A stretch of 64,000 nucleotides of DNA from Azolla caroliniana (taxonomy: Eukaryota > Plantae > Polypodiophyta): positions 1,984,001 to 2,048,000 of the forward strand of contig JBHGNT010000013.1 in the NCBI GenBank assembly GCA_043228905.1. The letters are read 5' to 3'. Below the pieces are notes generated by a model. The model was not told the origin of the DNA. It worked only from the letters and a program-made list of their open reading frames with translations, and made no database searches. A program made the translations under genes and the position numbers. Below, one piece after another: positions 32,807-46,718 of this stretch (its first letter is position 1; every line of letters starts with the position of its first letter).

Positions 32807-34013
32807 CTACTGGTGGTGCAGGGGCTTCTAATTCCGGTGCCATGCGCATCGGTTCCGGTTCTTCCCTTGGCATGGGAGTCTCAGTATGAGGATCCGGTGT
32901 TCCCTCCATCTGAGGGTCCGAACATTTCCCGGCTGCCTCAACGGTCATTGCCGACGACCATCGCTGGAGGTGCTCCTCCTCTATTTCCTCCTCCTGAGTC
33001 CCGTCATTAAGTTTCGCTGCCAAGGGGTCCGCTTCTCTATTCACCGGTCGGCGGAGTGTAATCTTTACGGGCCGTACCGGTGGTTCCTCCTGTGCATCCG
33101 TTGGCCGCTTCCGGCTAGCGCTCTCCATACCCGCCTGTTCTGCGTCCATCGCCTTCCCCTTAGTGGCCTTAGAGGCCAACAACTGTTGTCTTTTGGAAGC
33201 AGTCCTTGGGGTGCCGTCCGCTACTCTTCCCCGCTTCTTGGGCTCGACGGGCTCGACGGGTGGCACAAGCAACATGAGCCACTACGTTACTGCGTGCGAT
33301 ATCCTCCGTCCTTCTCGGCCTTCTTTACCGTCTTTTCCTCTGACGATCTCGATCGCCGCACACAAACCGTCTGCGATCAATACTGGCCAATCCACCTTGA
33401 TCCCTTCATAGGTGGCGATGATCATCCCTGCCCGGTTCTGCGGCATGACAGGGGGTCTACGGTACACATGGCCGTATTCGTGGAGCACACGGGCAATCTC
33501 GCGGAACAGCATATCTCCGCCGCCCTGTGTCTGGTAGCCCTTGCTGGCTAGGGAGTACTCACCAAAATACTTGATGAGTTGCTCCGAGGTCGGATTGTCG
33601 ATCCTGAATATGCCTCCCTCCGGAAGGCCTGTTAACGCATGGATCTCCTCTGCCGTTATCACCTCTGTGTCGATTTCTTTGATCACCTTGTCGGCTTCTT
33701 TGTGTGGCAGTACCTCCATAATTGTCCAGAAGCCCTCGAGCCCGTGTTGCTTTAGCCATTTCCTGGCGGCTTCCGACAACGTTTGCGGGTTCATGTCTAT
33801 CTCGAGGTTGGATTGTGGTGGCGAGGTTGGATAGTGATGAGAGTGAGAGTGAGAGAGAGAGAGTTCAGAATGCGGGGGTTCTCTGTGCGTAGGTTTTCGT
33901 CTGGTGATCTTCCAATGCCTTGGTGCTTCTGTGCTCCTGGGTTCGCGAAAGTAGGTCTCCATTCGCTGTGGTTTTTCTCTGTGCATTCTGGCGCCTTTTT
34001 GGAGCGTGTGCAC
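32807..34013 (-). pseudogene. Extra ORF of E downstream of pol
   Basis: ORFs 33282..34013 and 32781..33275; homologous to C ORF 47380..47736; ITAEEIHALTGLP resembles plant-mobile-domain-type motifs. Confidence 0.65.
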
Positions 34014-34154
34014 GTCGTGTCCTATGGCGGCGCTTAAATGCCCACTACGTACCTTTTCGCTCCTCGCTCTCTTGTCCGTTCATACCTCGCTTTTGCATGA
34101 TTACTTCGCTTCTCTATTTTTTCTATTTTTTCTTTTTTAAAATGTAGTGTGAGG

Positions 34155-37100
34155 TTACTTGTCTGTTGGTCCTATCGGACCCTTACCGGCCTCATTCTCC
34201 CCTGTTACCGGCTTGATGTCTCCTCCGTCTTGGTGGTTGTCGTTTCCCTCACAGGTTGCCGTTTCCGCACCGGTTCCCGATCCGGTGTCGGTCCTTTGCT
34301 CAAATGGGTTCTTGGGCATCGGTTCTCTATATGGCTTCAATCTAAATCCGTTGACCCATTTGCCTAGCACTTCGCCGGCAAGTGTCCTTAACTGGTAGGA
34401 CCCATTATACTCACGTGTCAGCCAATACAGGCCGGTCCATCTAAACCGTAGTTTACCCGGCATCTTGCCCATCCGGGTCTGAAATACTAACACCGGCTTG
34501 CTGATTTCGAACATTTTTTCATTTCCTTTCCTGTGCCGGTCGACAAATGCTTTCCGTCGCCGTTGTTCCAATTCTAAGTGCAAGATGCTTGCCAGTCGTT
34601 GTTCCTCGAGTTCACACAATGCTGTTAACCGTATTGCCTTCGACTCCTTCTCGTTCAGCCGTTCCCGCAGCTGGATCCGTAAGCTTGGTACTTGGAATTC
34701 CACTGGCATGACTGCCTCTAGTCCGAACGCTAACCGGAACGGTGTTGTTCGGATGCTCGTTTTGTATGTTGTCTGGTATGCCCAAAGCGCGCTATGTAGC
34801 TTGGTATCCCAATCCGTTCGGTTTTCGTTGACGATCTTTCGGAGGATATTCTGGAGCGTTTTGTTCGTCGACTCAGCTAACCTGTTTGCTTGCGGATAGT
34901 ACGATGTGCTCCGTTTATGGACAACGGCATCGAATGTCGTCAGGCTTTCAACTACTTGGCCGAGAAAGTGCCCCCCTTGGTCGCTTATTAATTCGTTTGG
35001 GCATCCGTAACGGCACCAGATGTATTCGTATAGAAATTTGGCCGTTGACGCAACGGTGTTGTCTCTTAAGGCTTTGGCCTCCACCGATTTCGTGTAGTAA
35101 TCTGTCGTGACGATGACATACCGATTACCTGTTCTCATTGCCGATAGTTTGAACGGTCCAACAAAGTCCAACCCCCACTTCTGGAATGGTTCGAGTGGTA
35201 GTACAGGCTGGTGTGGCATCCGAGCTTGTTCCGTTGGCTGGCCCATTCGCTGGCATAGGTCACATTCTTTTGCGTACCGTAAAACATCTCTTAATGTAGT
35301 TGGCCACCATAGGCCACTTTGCCATATTTTCCTGGCCGTCGCATCTCCGGCATAGTGACCTCCGGCAACTCCGCAGTGGGCTTCCCTCAGTATGAGGTCC
35401 TTTTCATCGCTGCGCACAATCCGTCTCCAAATGTCGTCCGCGCCCTTGTGGTAAAGTGTGTCTCGCAGTAAGCAGAAATGTCGGCTTTGCACCGCCAGGC
35501 TTTTCCTTTCGTCCCGGTTCATCTCCTCCGGAGGGAGTCCTGTGCTCAGAAACTGGTGCATATTTGTGAGCCGCTTGTCTTCCTGTGCCACCGTCTCATC
35601 TGCTGTTGTTTCCATAGTGACTCGAAACAGCTCCGCATCCGGAAACTCGTCCGCTACTCCGTCGCCCGTCTCTCCGGACTCTAGTCGGCTTAAATAATCC
35701 GCTACGACATGCTGTATACCGGGTCGGTGGAATATTTCGAACTCGAATTCCTGTAACAGTAAGGTCCACCGGGCCAACTTACCAGTGAGTGACGCCTTGG
35801 ACACCAGGTAGAGGAGTGTCGTATGATCTACATGGAAGGAAAACTTCCTTCCCAATAAATAATGCCGAAATTTGTCACACTGTAGATCATCCCTAGAGCT
35901 TCCCGTTCCATGGTAGAGTAGTTCCGTTCCAGTTGGGATAGCTTTCGGCTGGCATAGTACACTGGCCGGTACCACTTTGGCTCCGTAAGCTGCATCAGTA
36001 CGCTTCCGATTGCGATGTCGGAGGCGTCCACGAACACATGAAATTCTTTACTCCAATCCGGAGGCTGCACTACCGGTGCTTGCGACAATAGTACCTTGAG
36101 GGCCCTATACGCCTTATCCTCGGTGTCGGTCCACTGGAATGGTGTTCGATGTACCATGGCATGCAACGGTGTAGCCAAGTCGGCCAAGTATCGGAGCATC
36201 CGGCTATGCCACCGGATCTGGCCTAAGAACCGGCTCAATGCCTTTGCCATTGCCGGCGCCGGTGCTTCTAATATGGCTTTCACTTTGTCTGAGTCGACTG
36301 AAATGCCTTCCTGGCTCACAATATGTCCTAGTAGGGTTCCACTGGACACGCCAAATACACACTTCGCCGGATTCAAGCTTAGCCGGTACGCTCTACACTT
36401 TTCTAGACAAAGGCGGAGGTGCTGCAAATGATCCTCTTCCCGGCTATAGACGGCGAAATCGTCAAGGAAAACCTGCATAAAAGCCGATATATATTCACCA
36501 ATGATTTCCATGATGATTCGTTGGAATGTTGCCGGTGCCGTTTTGAGTCCGAACATCATCACCACGGCCACAAATACCCCCCATTCGGTGATGAAAGCCG
36601 TTTTCTCTTGGTCATCGGGGTGCATCCGGATCTGATTGTACCCGCTGAATCCGTCGAGAAAGCTATAGACCTCATGGCCGGCGACGGCATCCAACACTCC
36701 ATCTGTGAACAGAAGTGGAAACGCATCCGTTACCGTAGCCGCATTGAGTTTCCGGTAGTCCACACAAACTCGAATTTTTCTGTTCTTCTTCGGTACGACT
36801 ATGATCAGGCTCAGCCATGTCGCTTTCTTTACCGGACGGATAAAGCCAACTCTTAGCAGTTTGTCGATTTCCTCCTTGACTTTGGCGGCATAATTGGGAT
36901 TCATCCGGTACCGTCTTTGTGCCACTGGTTTTGCGTCCTTGCTCAAGTGAATCTGATGCTGGTATAACTGAGGGTCGAGCCCTCGCATTTGTTCGTATGA
37001 CCAGGCAAACACGTCTCGAAATTCCGTGAGTAGTGTGATCATCGCCATTTTGTCGTCGGACCTCATCTCCTTGGCGATGTGCACCGGTTTTGCTTCGTCC

Positions 37101-39633
37101 GTGGTCCCTAGGTTCACCTCTTCAAGTTGCGACGCTTTTACACGCTGTGAAACGGCCATTTCCTGTTCCAATGCTTCCTACGCTTGCCGTAACTATCGGA
37201 TTGCGTCCTTATCCGGTTCTGCTTCAGTCTCTTCCGGTTGTGGTAAGTATGGTGCTACTGCTTCGGCAATGTCAATTTCGAAGAGGGGTACGATCTTCGG
37301 GTTTTCCTGCAAGTATTGAGCTTCTTCTTCGTCGCTAACCCTTCTAGCATGTTGATGCTCTGCATACAACGGTGTACATTCCTTGCCAGTGCTCGTCCTT
37401 GGTTGTGTTGGTACACGTACCTTGGCCTTTCCTCGCCGGAAGGTAATTATATTTTTCCTCCAATTCTGTTTGATATGTGCCGTTTTCAACCACGGCCGCC
37501 CCAACAATAGTGGGTACGCGCCTTGTGCCTGTAATTGTAGCACTACTGCCGAGATGTGAAATGTATGACCGTCAACGGTGACTTCTAATTTTCGTATTAA
37601 TCCTGTCAGCCGCACTGAGCTTGTATCGGCCATCCGTAACCAGAACGGACATGGCTCCCACTCGTGGATTCCCAGGGCATCACACGTCTGGAGGCTTATT
37701 ACATTCACACCGTAGCCTCCGTCTATTACTGTGCCGAGGAGTTCTTTCCCTTTTACAATGGTAGTAATTACCGGACTGTTGGTGTCCACCACCGTTGGTC
37801 CCTCCTCTGCATTCGAGAAGAGTACCGGTGCCAGTGATGATTCTCCTTCCGTCATGGCTGTCTTCAGTCCTTCCGTGAATCTCAGCACGAGCTGTAGGAG
37901 TCTTCCTAGTGGCAGCGTAATCTAGCATTCTTGCAACGCCTGCCATGTCTCGTTCACGGAGTGACTGCCGCCGGCAAGCCCTACGGTGTTCTCCTTTTGC
38001 CGCTCAAAGTCTGTTACGTTTTGCTCGTTTGCTTTCTTCACCCATTCCGTCGCTTGCTTCCAGATGGTCTCCTGCGTCTCCCATTCCTTGGCCATGCCCT
38101 TTGACCTTGTGGTCACCTGCTGCAGATCTGCCTCTTCAGGGACTACCATATTTACTGTCGGTCGTTTGTCATAGCTCTTCGCCGGGCATTGATTACTATA
38201 AGGGCCTTCTTGTCGGCAGTAGTAGCAGTAGGCTTTCCGGGTATTGCTGGATTCGGCATTGTTTGTTGTACCTGGGGCAGGTCCTGTGGTAAGCGCGGGG
38301 TTTTGGGCCGGTTGGCTGCTTGAAGCTCCTTGTTCCGGATCCCGTGGGTGGCCGCCTTTTTTGAAATGCCGTTTTTTGTTATAGTTCTTCGTATTGCGGT
38401 ACTCTTGACGAGGTTGGTCGTTATATCTGCCATATTCCTCCCGTTGCTGATGATACCTGGGGGAGTGCTCCCGGTCGTACTATTCGTATCGTCTATTGTA
38501 ATCCCGGTACCGATCATATCTATCGTCCTGGTCATAGTTATCCCGCCGATCACCGTACCGGACATCATTCTCCCGTCGATCGCCATACCAAACATCCTGT
38601 GCCGGTCGGTATTGGTCCATTCGCCGCCAGTGTTCCTCTTCTTCATCCCGGCTGTTGCGTGGCTCTATTTGTCGGGTGGGCGGTGCTTGCCAGTTCAATA
38701 GATTATACTCGCACCTATCCTCGTATGGACCTTGGATTGATAGATTACACATTGCGTCCTCATAGTGCATTCTAGTGCCGAGTGTCCGGAATTCAAGCAG
38801 TTTGTGCACTGTATTGCTTGCCAAAACCGGAGGTCTTCATCGGACGGTAACGCCCGTTGGAGTTCTCCCAGTGTGAGCCAGGAGCTGGTCTTTTCCATCT
38901 CTCTCACCCGGTCAATGACCTGGTCGATGGTACTTGCGTGGAAGTCAATTACCGTGCAAACCGTGCGTAAGGGTTCCCGGAGCGCATTTAGGAATATAGT
39001 CCGTAATTCCTCCTCCCGGGGTGCGCGGGCAAGCTGACTATGCATCCGTTGAAACCGGATGACAAACTGGGGAATGCTCTCCCCTGCCTCCTGTCGGATG
39101 GTGATGGTAGACGGGTTCTGCGTCCGGCGCCATCTTGCTGCCGGTCCCTCCAATGTGACGCCAAATTCTGCTATCTTAGAGCGTTCCTCTTCCTCCAGGG
39201 TCAATCGCTGGGACACATGGTTTGCTTCCCATGTCTGTTCAAAGGCGTGAACATGAGCTTCCGCGTCCGGATCATCTCTATACTTGGAGTATTGGAATGG
39301 CATTTTGTCGTCCGGTATCGGTGCGCGGGCTGGTGGTGTTGGTGGTCGTTCCTGGTTTTTCTCCGACGTTGGTGGTCTTTCCTCTTCTTTTGATAACGGA
39401 GGCCTCTCCTCCTCGACTTCCGGTGTCGGAGGTCGCTTTTCCTCTGCTTCTGGTTCTAGAGGTTCCAGCCTTAGCACTTCCGGTTCTGGTGTCGGTAAGG
39501 TGTCTGATCCTTCGTCCTTCGGTCCGCCCGGGGTTTTGTTGCTGCTACGGTAGTTCATGTCCACGTTGTATTCCCCTTCGGAATCCGATTCATACGCTGA
39601 AAAGGCTTCTGGTTCGCCTTCTCCGCTTGCCAA
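34155..39633 (-). pseudogene. Gag-pol of E, multiple frameshifts and stops
   Basis: gag 38695..39633; PR VIDGG 37193..37888; RT FLDD and RH VDASD 35828..37171; INT 34155..35975. Confidence 0.92.
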
Positions 39634-40358
39634 TGCATGGAGAAGGGATTCGGTTTCCCGGAGGCTACTTAGGCTGCTGCCGTCATCCAGGTGCGATGTT
39701 TGCTATAACCAGAGGGACTCCTCTGCTACTCTTCGGATTACGTTGGAAAACGAGCAATCCGCTCTAATTTCCTGCGCCGCTTGCTGGAAAGCCTCACGTC
39801 TCCTTTGCCTTTCGGCAAGGCGTCGAGCTCGATTTGTAACCAGGTCGTGCGTTGATCTAGTCATCCATTCATGCCGTCGTTCGCTGCAAAAACAAGAATC
39901 GTGGTCGCCAAGAACTGTGTTAACTCTTAGGGCCAGACAATGGCCTAACACAGGGTGTCTACGGAAGACACTTTACCAAAGGGGTTTTACGGCAAGAGGA
40001 TTAGGCTCAACGATTAATCCGACTTAATTAGGTTACTTAGCAAGATCGTCCTTAATAATCACACAGGTAAGATATAACAATGAATGCAGAACAACAATTA
40101 ACCTAGAGAGATAAAAAACACTAAGCTTCATTAATTATCCGCTGCTCATTACATTGTATCCAGGCCTTTAAATAGGTTTCCAGTTTGTAGTACAAAACGG
40201 TGCCATTCGCACCTGTTCGGGATCGGTCCAGATCCGGAACGGCATACCGATTCCAGTCCGTCCGTCCACACTAATAGCTTACTTAAAACCATTCCTTAAT
40301 AATTAAATAACTCCTCCGTTTCACACTCTGGACTACTTTGCCGGCCGGTAACACACAT

Positions 40359-43300
40359 AGGGTTCTTCATCAGTCCTCTTCTTGACTTCACCCGTTTCCC
40401 AGCTGTAGGCACTCGTAGCATCGTTCCATCCAACTCGCATAGTCAGTAAGTTCCGTTGTCGAAAACTTTCCGAACCTCGTATGGCCCGAACCACCTTTTC
40501 ACGAACTTCCGCATCGTTGTATGTTGATGACCCAAACTACTGTCGTAGACAATCACCCAATCTCCTTCTTCAATCTTTCGCAGTCGTAGTCGGTGCTTTG
40601 TGTCAAACCGGCTATTATTCCGGAATCGTGCTTCTTGTTTTCGGCGTGTTGCTTCCGCTATGTCTTCCGGTCTTCCCTCTAGTTGTCGTATCCGGACTGC
40701 TAGTAGTTCTTCCCGGTTCATCTCTTCCTTCGACGGTAGCACCGTCCATGTCGCGATCGCGGTTTTCGTTGGCATTACCGGTGCTTGTCCGGTCATGAGT
40801 TCTGCTGGCATGTAACCGGTTACGGAGGTATGCGTCGTTTGATCCGCCCATAGTGCATACGGAAGCATCTGTGGCCAGTCCTTCACTGCTAGTAGTTCTT
40901 CCCGGTTCATCTCTTCCTTCGACGGTAGCACCGTCCATGTCGCGATCGCGGTTTTCGTTGGCATTACCGGTGCTTGTCCGGTCATGAGTTCTGCTGGCAT
41001 GTAACCGGTTACGGAGGTATGCGTCGTTTGATCCGCCCATAGTGCATACGGAAGCATCTGTGGCCAGTCCTTCACTCTTCCATCGAATGCTTTGGCAAGT
41101 ATTTTGAGGATCGGACTATGTCCTCGTTCGATTTTCCCGTTGGCCTCCGGATTGTATGCCGTTGTTAGTGTAAACCGAACTCCATGTTTGGTGAATAATT
41201 CCTTAGCTTTATCAGAGTCGAGTTCTCCCCGATCCGCAATCACTTGTCCTACGCACCCGTACCTGCAAAACACTTCTTCCAAAAGGAATTGGCATACCGC
41301 AGAACACATTTTCCTTCGTAGCGCCCGACCTTCTACTTGGATTGTGAGATCTTCCCGAGCTAATACCAAGTACTTCTTTTGTCCGATCCCGGTTGGCATG
41401 GCTACAATATCTAGCATCTATTTGAAGTTGATTGTCGGTGAGAATGTCGGATGTAACTCATCTCGGTGTCGAACTCCGGAGTAGATTTGACACTTCTCGC
41501 AGCTTTCCGTGAACTCCGCTATATCTTTGTACATGTTCTTCCACCAATATTTTTGTTTGATTTTCACAAAAGTTGCCCATGTTCCTCGATGTCCAGCCCC
41601 ATTGGATTTGTGAAATTCGGACATTATCCGGTTTCGTTGCTCTTTCGTCCCGACTACCCGAAGCAGTATGCCATCCGGTCTTTTCGGCTCCCTCCATATT
41701 AATCCATTTTTCAAGAAGAACTTTCGGACTTGCTGCTTCTTACTTTGGATCTCGGCTCTCTTCTCTTTATTGTCCGATGACTCCTCGATTTCTTGTAGCA
41801 CTTTCCCGATCAGCAAGCTTTCTCCCTCGTATTCTTCTTCCCGGAATTCTCGGATTACGTTCACCCAACATATGTGCTCCGAAGCAAAGTAGTCTTCGGA
41901 AACTTCTTCATTATTCGATTCAGTTATGTCATCTCCGAACCACGCCCTTGATAGCATATCCGCTACCGCGTTGTCTTTTCCGGAGATGTGTCGTACCTCC
42001 GGATTAAGCGACTTAACATATGCAATCCATCTTAGCATAGCCACACCGCATCATCCCGAGTATCGGAAGACAATCCGTTTCAATCATTACTTCGGCTCCA
42101 ATCAAATAATCTTGATCCAATTTGATTGCCGACACGACTCCCCATAATTCTCTTTTGACTTTTGCATATCCGCGTTGCCTATCATTGAGAACCTTTGCTC
42201 CGAATCGGATCGGATATCGTGAACCATCCGAGTCGGCTTGATTGATGACCCATCCGATTCCGGTTGGACTTGTGTCAACCGTTACTATGATCGATCGGTC
42301 ATAGTTCGGCTTCTTTAATGCTTTTTCCCTCCATAGTGATTTCTTGAGCTTCTTCACGGCTTTGGTATGCTCTGGTTTCCATTCGAACTTCTTACCCTTC
42401 CGCAACAAGTGATAGAGTGGGTCCGCAATATGTGCATAGTGCGGAATCCATATGTGATAGAATGCACATGCTCCAAGAAACCTTTGGACTTCGGATTGTG
42501 ACTCGCATTCTTCTTTCATAGCTTAAATCAGGTCAATCTTGGTTGGTGACGGTCTTCGGCCGTAGGGCCCACATAGATGTCCGACTACCAATATTTCTTC
42601 TTGCCCGAATGCCGATTTCTCACCGGAAAGTGTTAGGTGCAAATCTTCTATTTTTCAAAGCACTTTCTCACAATCATGAATATGGTCAACTACAAACTTT
42701 CGGCATCCCCGATCATCCATAGTTTCATCTTTTTCTTCTACCGCGCATCCTTTCATTGGAATGTCATCTAGGAACGGCATCGTTATCTCCGAAATGCAGT
42801 CCCGGAGCACCTTGTTCATTGCATTCATCATATGTGCGACCGAGTTTGTTGCACCATGTGGTAGTGTGCACATACGGACTAATCCTATTGGTGTCCGCAT
42901 GGTAGTGATGTCTCGGCTCTCCACGGCTAGTTGGAATTGGTCATATCCGGAGTATAGGTTTCCAATGGAGTATATCGCGCGACCGGCAAATGCTTCTGCA
43001 AATTCATCCACTATTGGACCGACTCCGGAGTTCCGGATCATGACCTTGTTCACCGGTTGCAAATCTTGAATAAATCGGAGTGACCCATTCTTCTTCGGAA
43101 CCGTAAACCATCGATTTGAGTACGGAACGTTTGATGGCTCTAGAATCCCCATCGCCACCTTCTCCTTGAGCAAGTCGATGACTTTCGGAATATGCGCTCG
43201 TGGCCCTGGAATCTGCTTCAAGTTCCACGACACATTGTCAATCGTGAAGATCACCATCGGCTCTACTATCTTCGGATCAACACACCCTATCTCCTTCGAT

Positions 43301-45960
43301 GTGAATGCAAATGCTTCCCCATGTTGTTCCAACATCCATCGAAATCATTCTTCTTCATTTTGTAAAAGGAAACCACCTCCACCGATCCGAAGTTTCTTCC
43401 AGGTCTCATCCGTGAAGGCATGTCCAATATCCACGGACTTCCGAAGTGTCGGATCTCCCGAGACTTCTTTCCTCTTTTGTTCTCTATCGGCGGGTAGTGG
43501 TCCCGCGGCCGGTTTCACCTTCTTCTCCACGGTCTTGTATTTCGTACTTACCATTGCTTCTTCTTTGCGGAGCGCATCCGGCCCCATTTTCACAATGATC
43601 TCGTACATCTCGACCGATTCCATCGGAACTACCTGGTCTCCCTGGCTTGTATCTTTCGCGAGCTCTTCAAGCCGTTGTAGTGTGCTCCCATAGAACATTT
43701 CTTCAACTATTCCCACGATTTCTTCATCTTCTTTTATTATTGATGCCGACTGTAACTTATCCTCCACCTTTCGGTATTCTTTCCTCATTCCTCCGGTTAC
43801 GGCCGTGTACGTAGATGCCCCATCCGGACCGATTCATACTTGTTTTGCTCTGAGATTTTTCTTCCTGTGTGGGGTATCAGGGCTTCTTGGACTATCACTT
43901 CCTCACTCCGCAACAGTCTGCTCTAAAAATCCATCCTTGTTTGGGACAAGAGCTCTCTCTTGTTCCTTTCATGATTTGCCAGACCTGTTCGGAATTGGAC
44001 GGATTTCCCTCCGTTTTGGCTCCGAATTCGTGCAAAAGCCGCACCGCTATCGAGCACCTTCGTCTCCAACCGTGATGCTGTGATAAAGGGTTGCCCGAGG
44101 ATCACGGAGTGTGAGACCTCGTCTTGTACAAAGAAATTTTGGTCGACCTTGACATCCCCGATCTTCACCGTCACATCTGGACAAGCTGCAAATAGATCTT
44201 CCGTTGCTTTAGTGGCCGCCCGGATCTTCCATCCATGATTGGTGTTAATAGGCCACTTCCCCTTCCGGTAGAACTCTTCAGACATTAAATTGATCTCTGA
44301 TCCGTGATCAATCAATGCTAGCACGGGCTCTTCGGACCGAAGTCTCCGTAGTTGCACGCGCCCAGTGTGGCTTTGTATAGTGGGAATTCGGAATCTCGTC
44401 CTCCACTTTGGTGTCGCTCATTAGAACGGTATTTGTATTCACCATCGGCACATTTTCCTCCGTAGTTTGTATTTTTCTTTTTATGAGATCCACCAGAAGA
44501 TCATGGAACTCCTTTTTGGCTATTCCGAGTAGTTCCCGAAGTGAAAAATCTACCCGACTGTCGGGGATTCTCTCCTCGAACACTTTCTTTATGTCTGTCC
44601 GTTGCTCGATGTCCGAAGCAAGTTTGAATGTCGGAATCATTTTTCCTTTCCCTCTTCCGTCGGAGTTCCATCTCTCCGGTGTCTTCGATGGTCCAACCAC
44701 ATCCTCCGTGCGTTGTCGCTTCTCGTCCACATACACCTCATGTAATTGACATAGGGCGTATACGCTATTCTTATCGACGAGGCACTCCCATCCCATAGCT
44801 TCCCGGATGCCTTCCGCGGTGCTTCGGATCTCGTTAGAGTCGGTTTTCTCGGTGTTTTCTAGCACTTCCGGCTAAAAAGACACCTTTGCTCCCGATGACT
44901 CCCCGACACGTATTCCCGCGGTTGTCGCGTAATTGCTCTTTGCCGCTATTTCCTCCTCTAGGACCTTCTTCATGCCACCTTTTCAGAAGTTCGGTCAGAG
45001 CGGCTTTCGAGAGTCCATCGAATGAATCTGATTTCCCTCGTAGTAGATAAGATCCCGTCGTAGCACTTCCTTGTGCTCGTCGCAATCCCTCCGATCATGT
45101 TCGGTGCTATCGCACCATATGCACCAACGGTCCATATACTTGGAACTTGTGGGACGGTCATCTGACTTCTTCACCATTGCGATTTTTAGATTCTCCATCT
45201 CCTTCAGCAATTGCTCCACCGTAGTTGCGTCGATTCCCTTCTCGGTCATAGCTTCTTGAGCCCGCGGTTGATGGTCTTCCGATCCGAATCTCGGTTTCGG
45301 AATCAGTTCCGAAACCCTCTTTTCTTCATTCGCAAGCCATTGCCCCCTCTTTGTGTATCGCGCGACAACATCCCGCACGCTTTCCCATGTTTAGGTGAGG
45401 CCACTCTCGATATTCGTGTCCTCTAGAAGCACTCCAAGATCCTTCCGGTCCCTGACGTCTATGGCTCGTAAGAACATGATAACTTTGTCCGGTGCGAGGA
45501 TAGCTTGATCTCTCGCAGACAACCTCCCGAACCGACTTTCAAATGCCGAAAACACATCGAGGACCTTCATACCCTTGTTTGGCATTTCCACCCAATCCTC
45601 GAATCCTCTCCGCGTTGCCTTGGAGGAGTCCTCGATAGCGAACGTGGTCTTTAGCGCCTCTTCAAACGCTTCCCACGTCGGATTTTGTTGTCATAGCCCG
45701 TGGATACTTGCTTGAAGCCCATCGGTAGCCACCCGGTTGAAGGATGCCACTTGTAGTCCTTCCAAAATCCCGCACCGTAGCATTTCTGCCTTGTAGTCCC
45801 GAAGATAGCGTGATACGTCCTTTCCGTTGAATTGCACGAGCAGTTGCACGAGCCGCTCTACTACCACCGCTATCTCCGAGATTGCACGTTGTTCCTAAAC
45901 CATCCGCTCGAACATCATCACCATGTTGTTAGCCTCCGGTTGATTTTCCATCTCCTTGCC
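40359..45960 (-). pseudogene. Gag-pro and pol of F, many stops
   Basis: Fragments collinear with D: CIWCDSTEHDRRDC, LIDHGSEIN, IQDLQPVNK, PFLDD, VDTSPTG, EANGKIERGH; the pol tail continues at 27351-27487. Confidence 0.92.
40696..41073. repeat. 189-bp tandem duplication inside the F integrase, exact by eye
   Basis: Units 40696-40884 and 40885-41073; 63-aa repeat in ORF 40443..41417; ACT microhomology. Confidence 0.93.
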
Positions 45961-46718
45961 ACCCGTGTTCACGTCAGGTTCACCACTTGTATCATGCCTT
46001 TCGGCTCTGGATCGTTGCGTGAATCGGGTGGGAACCACCGAGGTGTTGGACTAGGAGAAAAGAAAATTCTAAGATAATTAAGAATATGAAATATATGGTA
46101 AGAAAGAAAGATATGAAAAACTCGTGAATCCCACGAGTATAGTGTATTAATTGATACTTAGAATGTAAGAGAGACATAGATGGCAAAATCGTGAATCCCA
46201 CGAATATTTTTTTATTAATCAATCCTTGTAAAATAATCAACAGCCCCCGTATATCTTTCTCTCCTCCTTATATAAGGATGGAGGAGGCTAAGCATAGCTT
46301 CATGTTTTTTTCTAAAGTGTTCATGCACACTAAATGTGCATGAGTTGCCATTTTACACTATGCTTTTATTTCCTAAATATAGTGCTCATGCTCGCTAGAT
46401 GTGCACGAGTCATTTTTTATTGGTGTACATTTTTCTTATAAATAAAGTATTCATGCATTCTAAAAAATGCATGACTTTCCTTTTAATAAAGGTAGGCGTA
46501 AATAAAGGTCTTATACGTATTAAATCTATATTCAGAACACTTAGGATAAGTTAGTACAATGGTAAGGTTGGGGTTTGTCTACGTGGAGGTATAAGGTTTG
46601 ACTCCTGCCCTATGCACGTAATAAATATTTTTAATATTTTATTTTATTTATTATACGTACTTTAAATCGGATATAGTATTTTACATATTTCACGTAGTGT
46701 GTGATTCACACTACGACA

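Larger units (their letters stand above)
27488..40353 (-). mobile_element. Gypsy element E (OTA-like, related to C); hosts G
   Basis: LTRs 27488-27924 and 39918-40353; 5-bp TSD CACAT; PBS TGGCGACCACG at 39900-39910; gag-pol at 34155-39633. Confidence 0.94.
26566..46718 (-). mobile_element. Gypsy element F (same lineage as D), degenerate; hosts E
   Basis: 729-bp LTRs 26566-27294 and 45990-46718; 4-bp TSD GCGT; tRNA-Trp PBS 45968-45985; PPT GGAGGGGGCGAG at 27295-27306. Confidence 0.94.
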
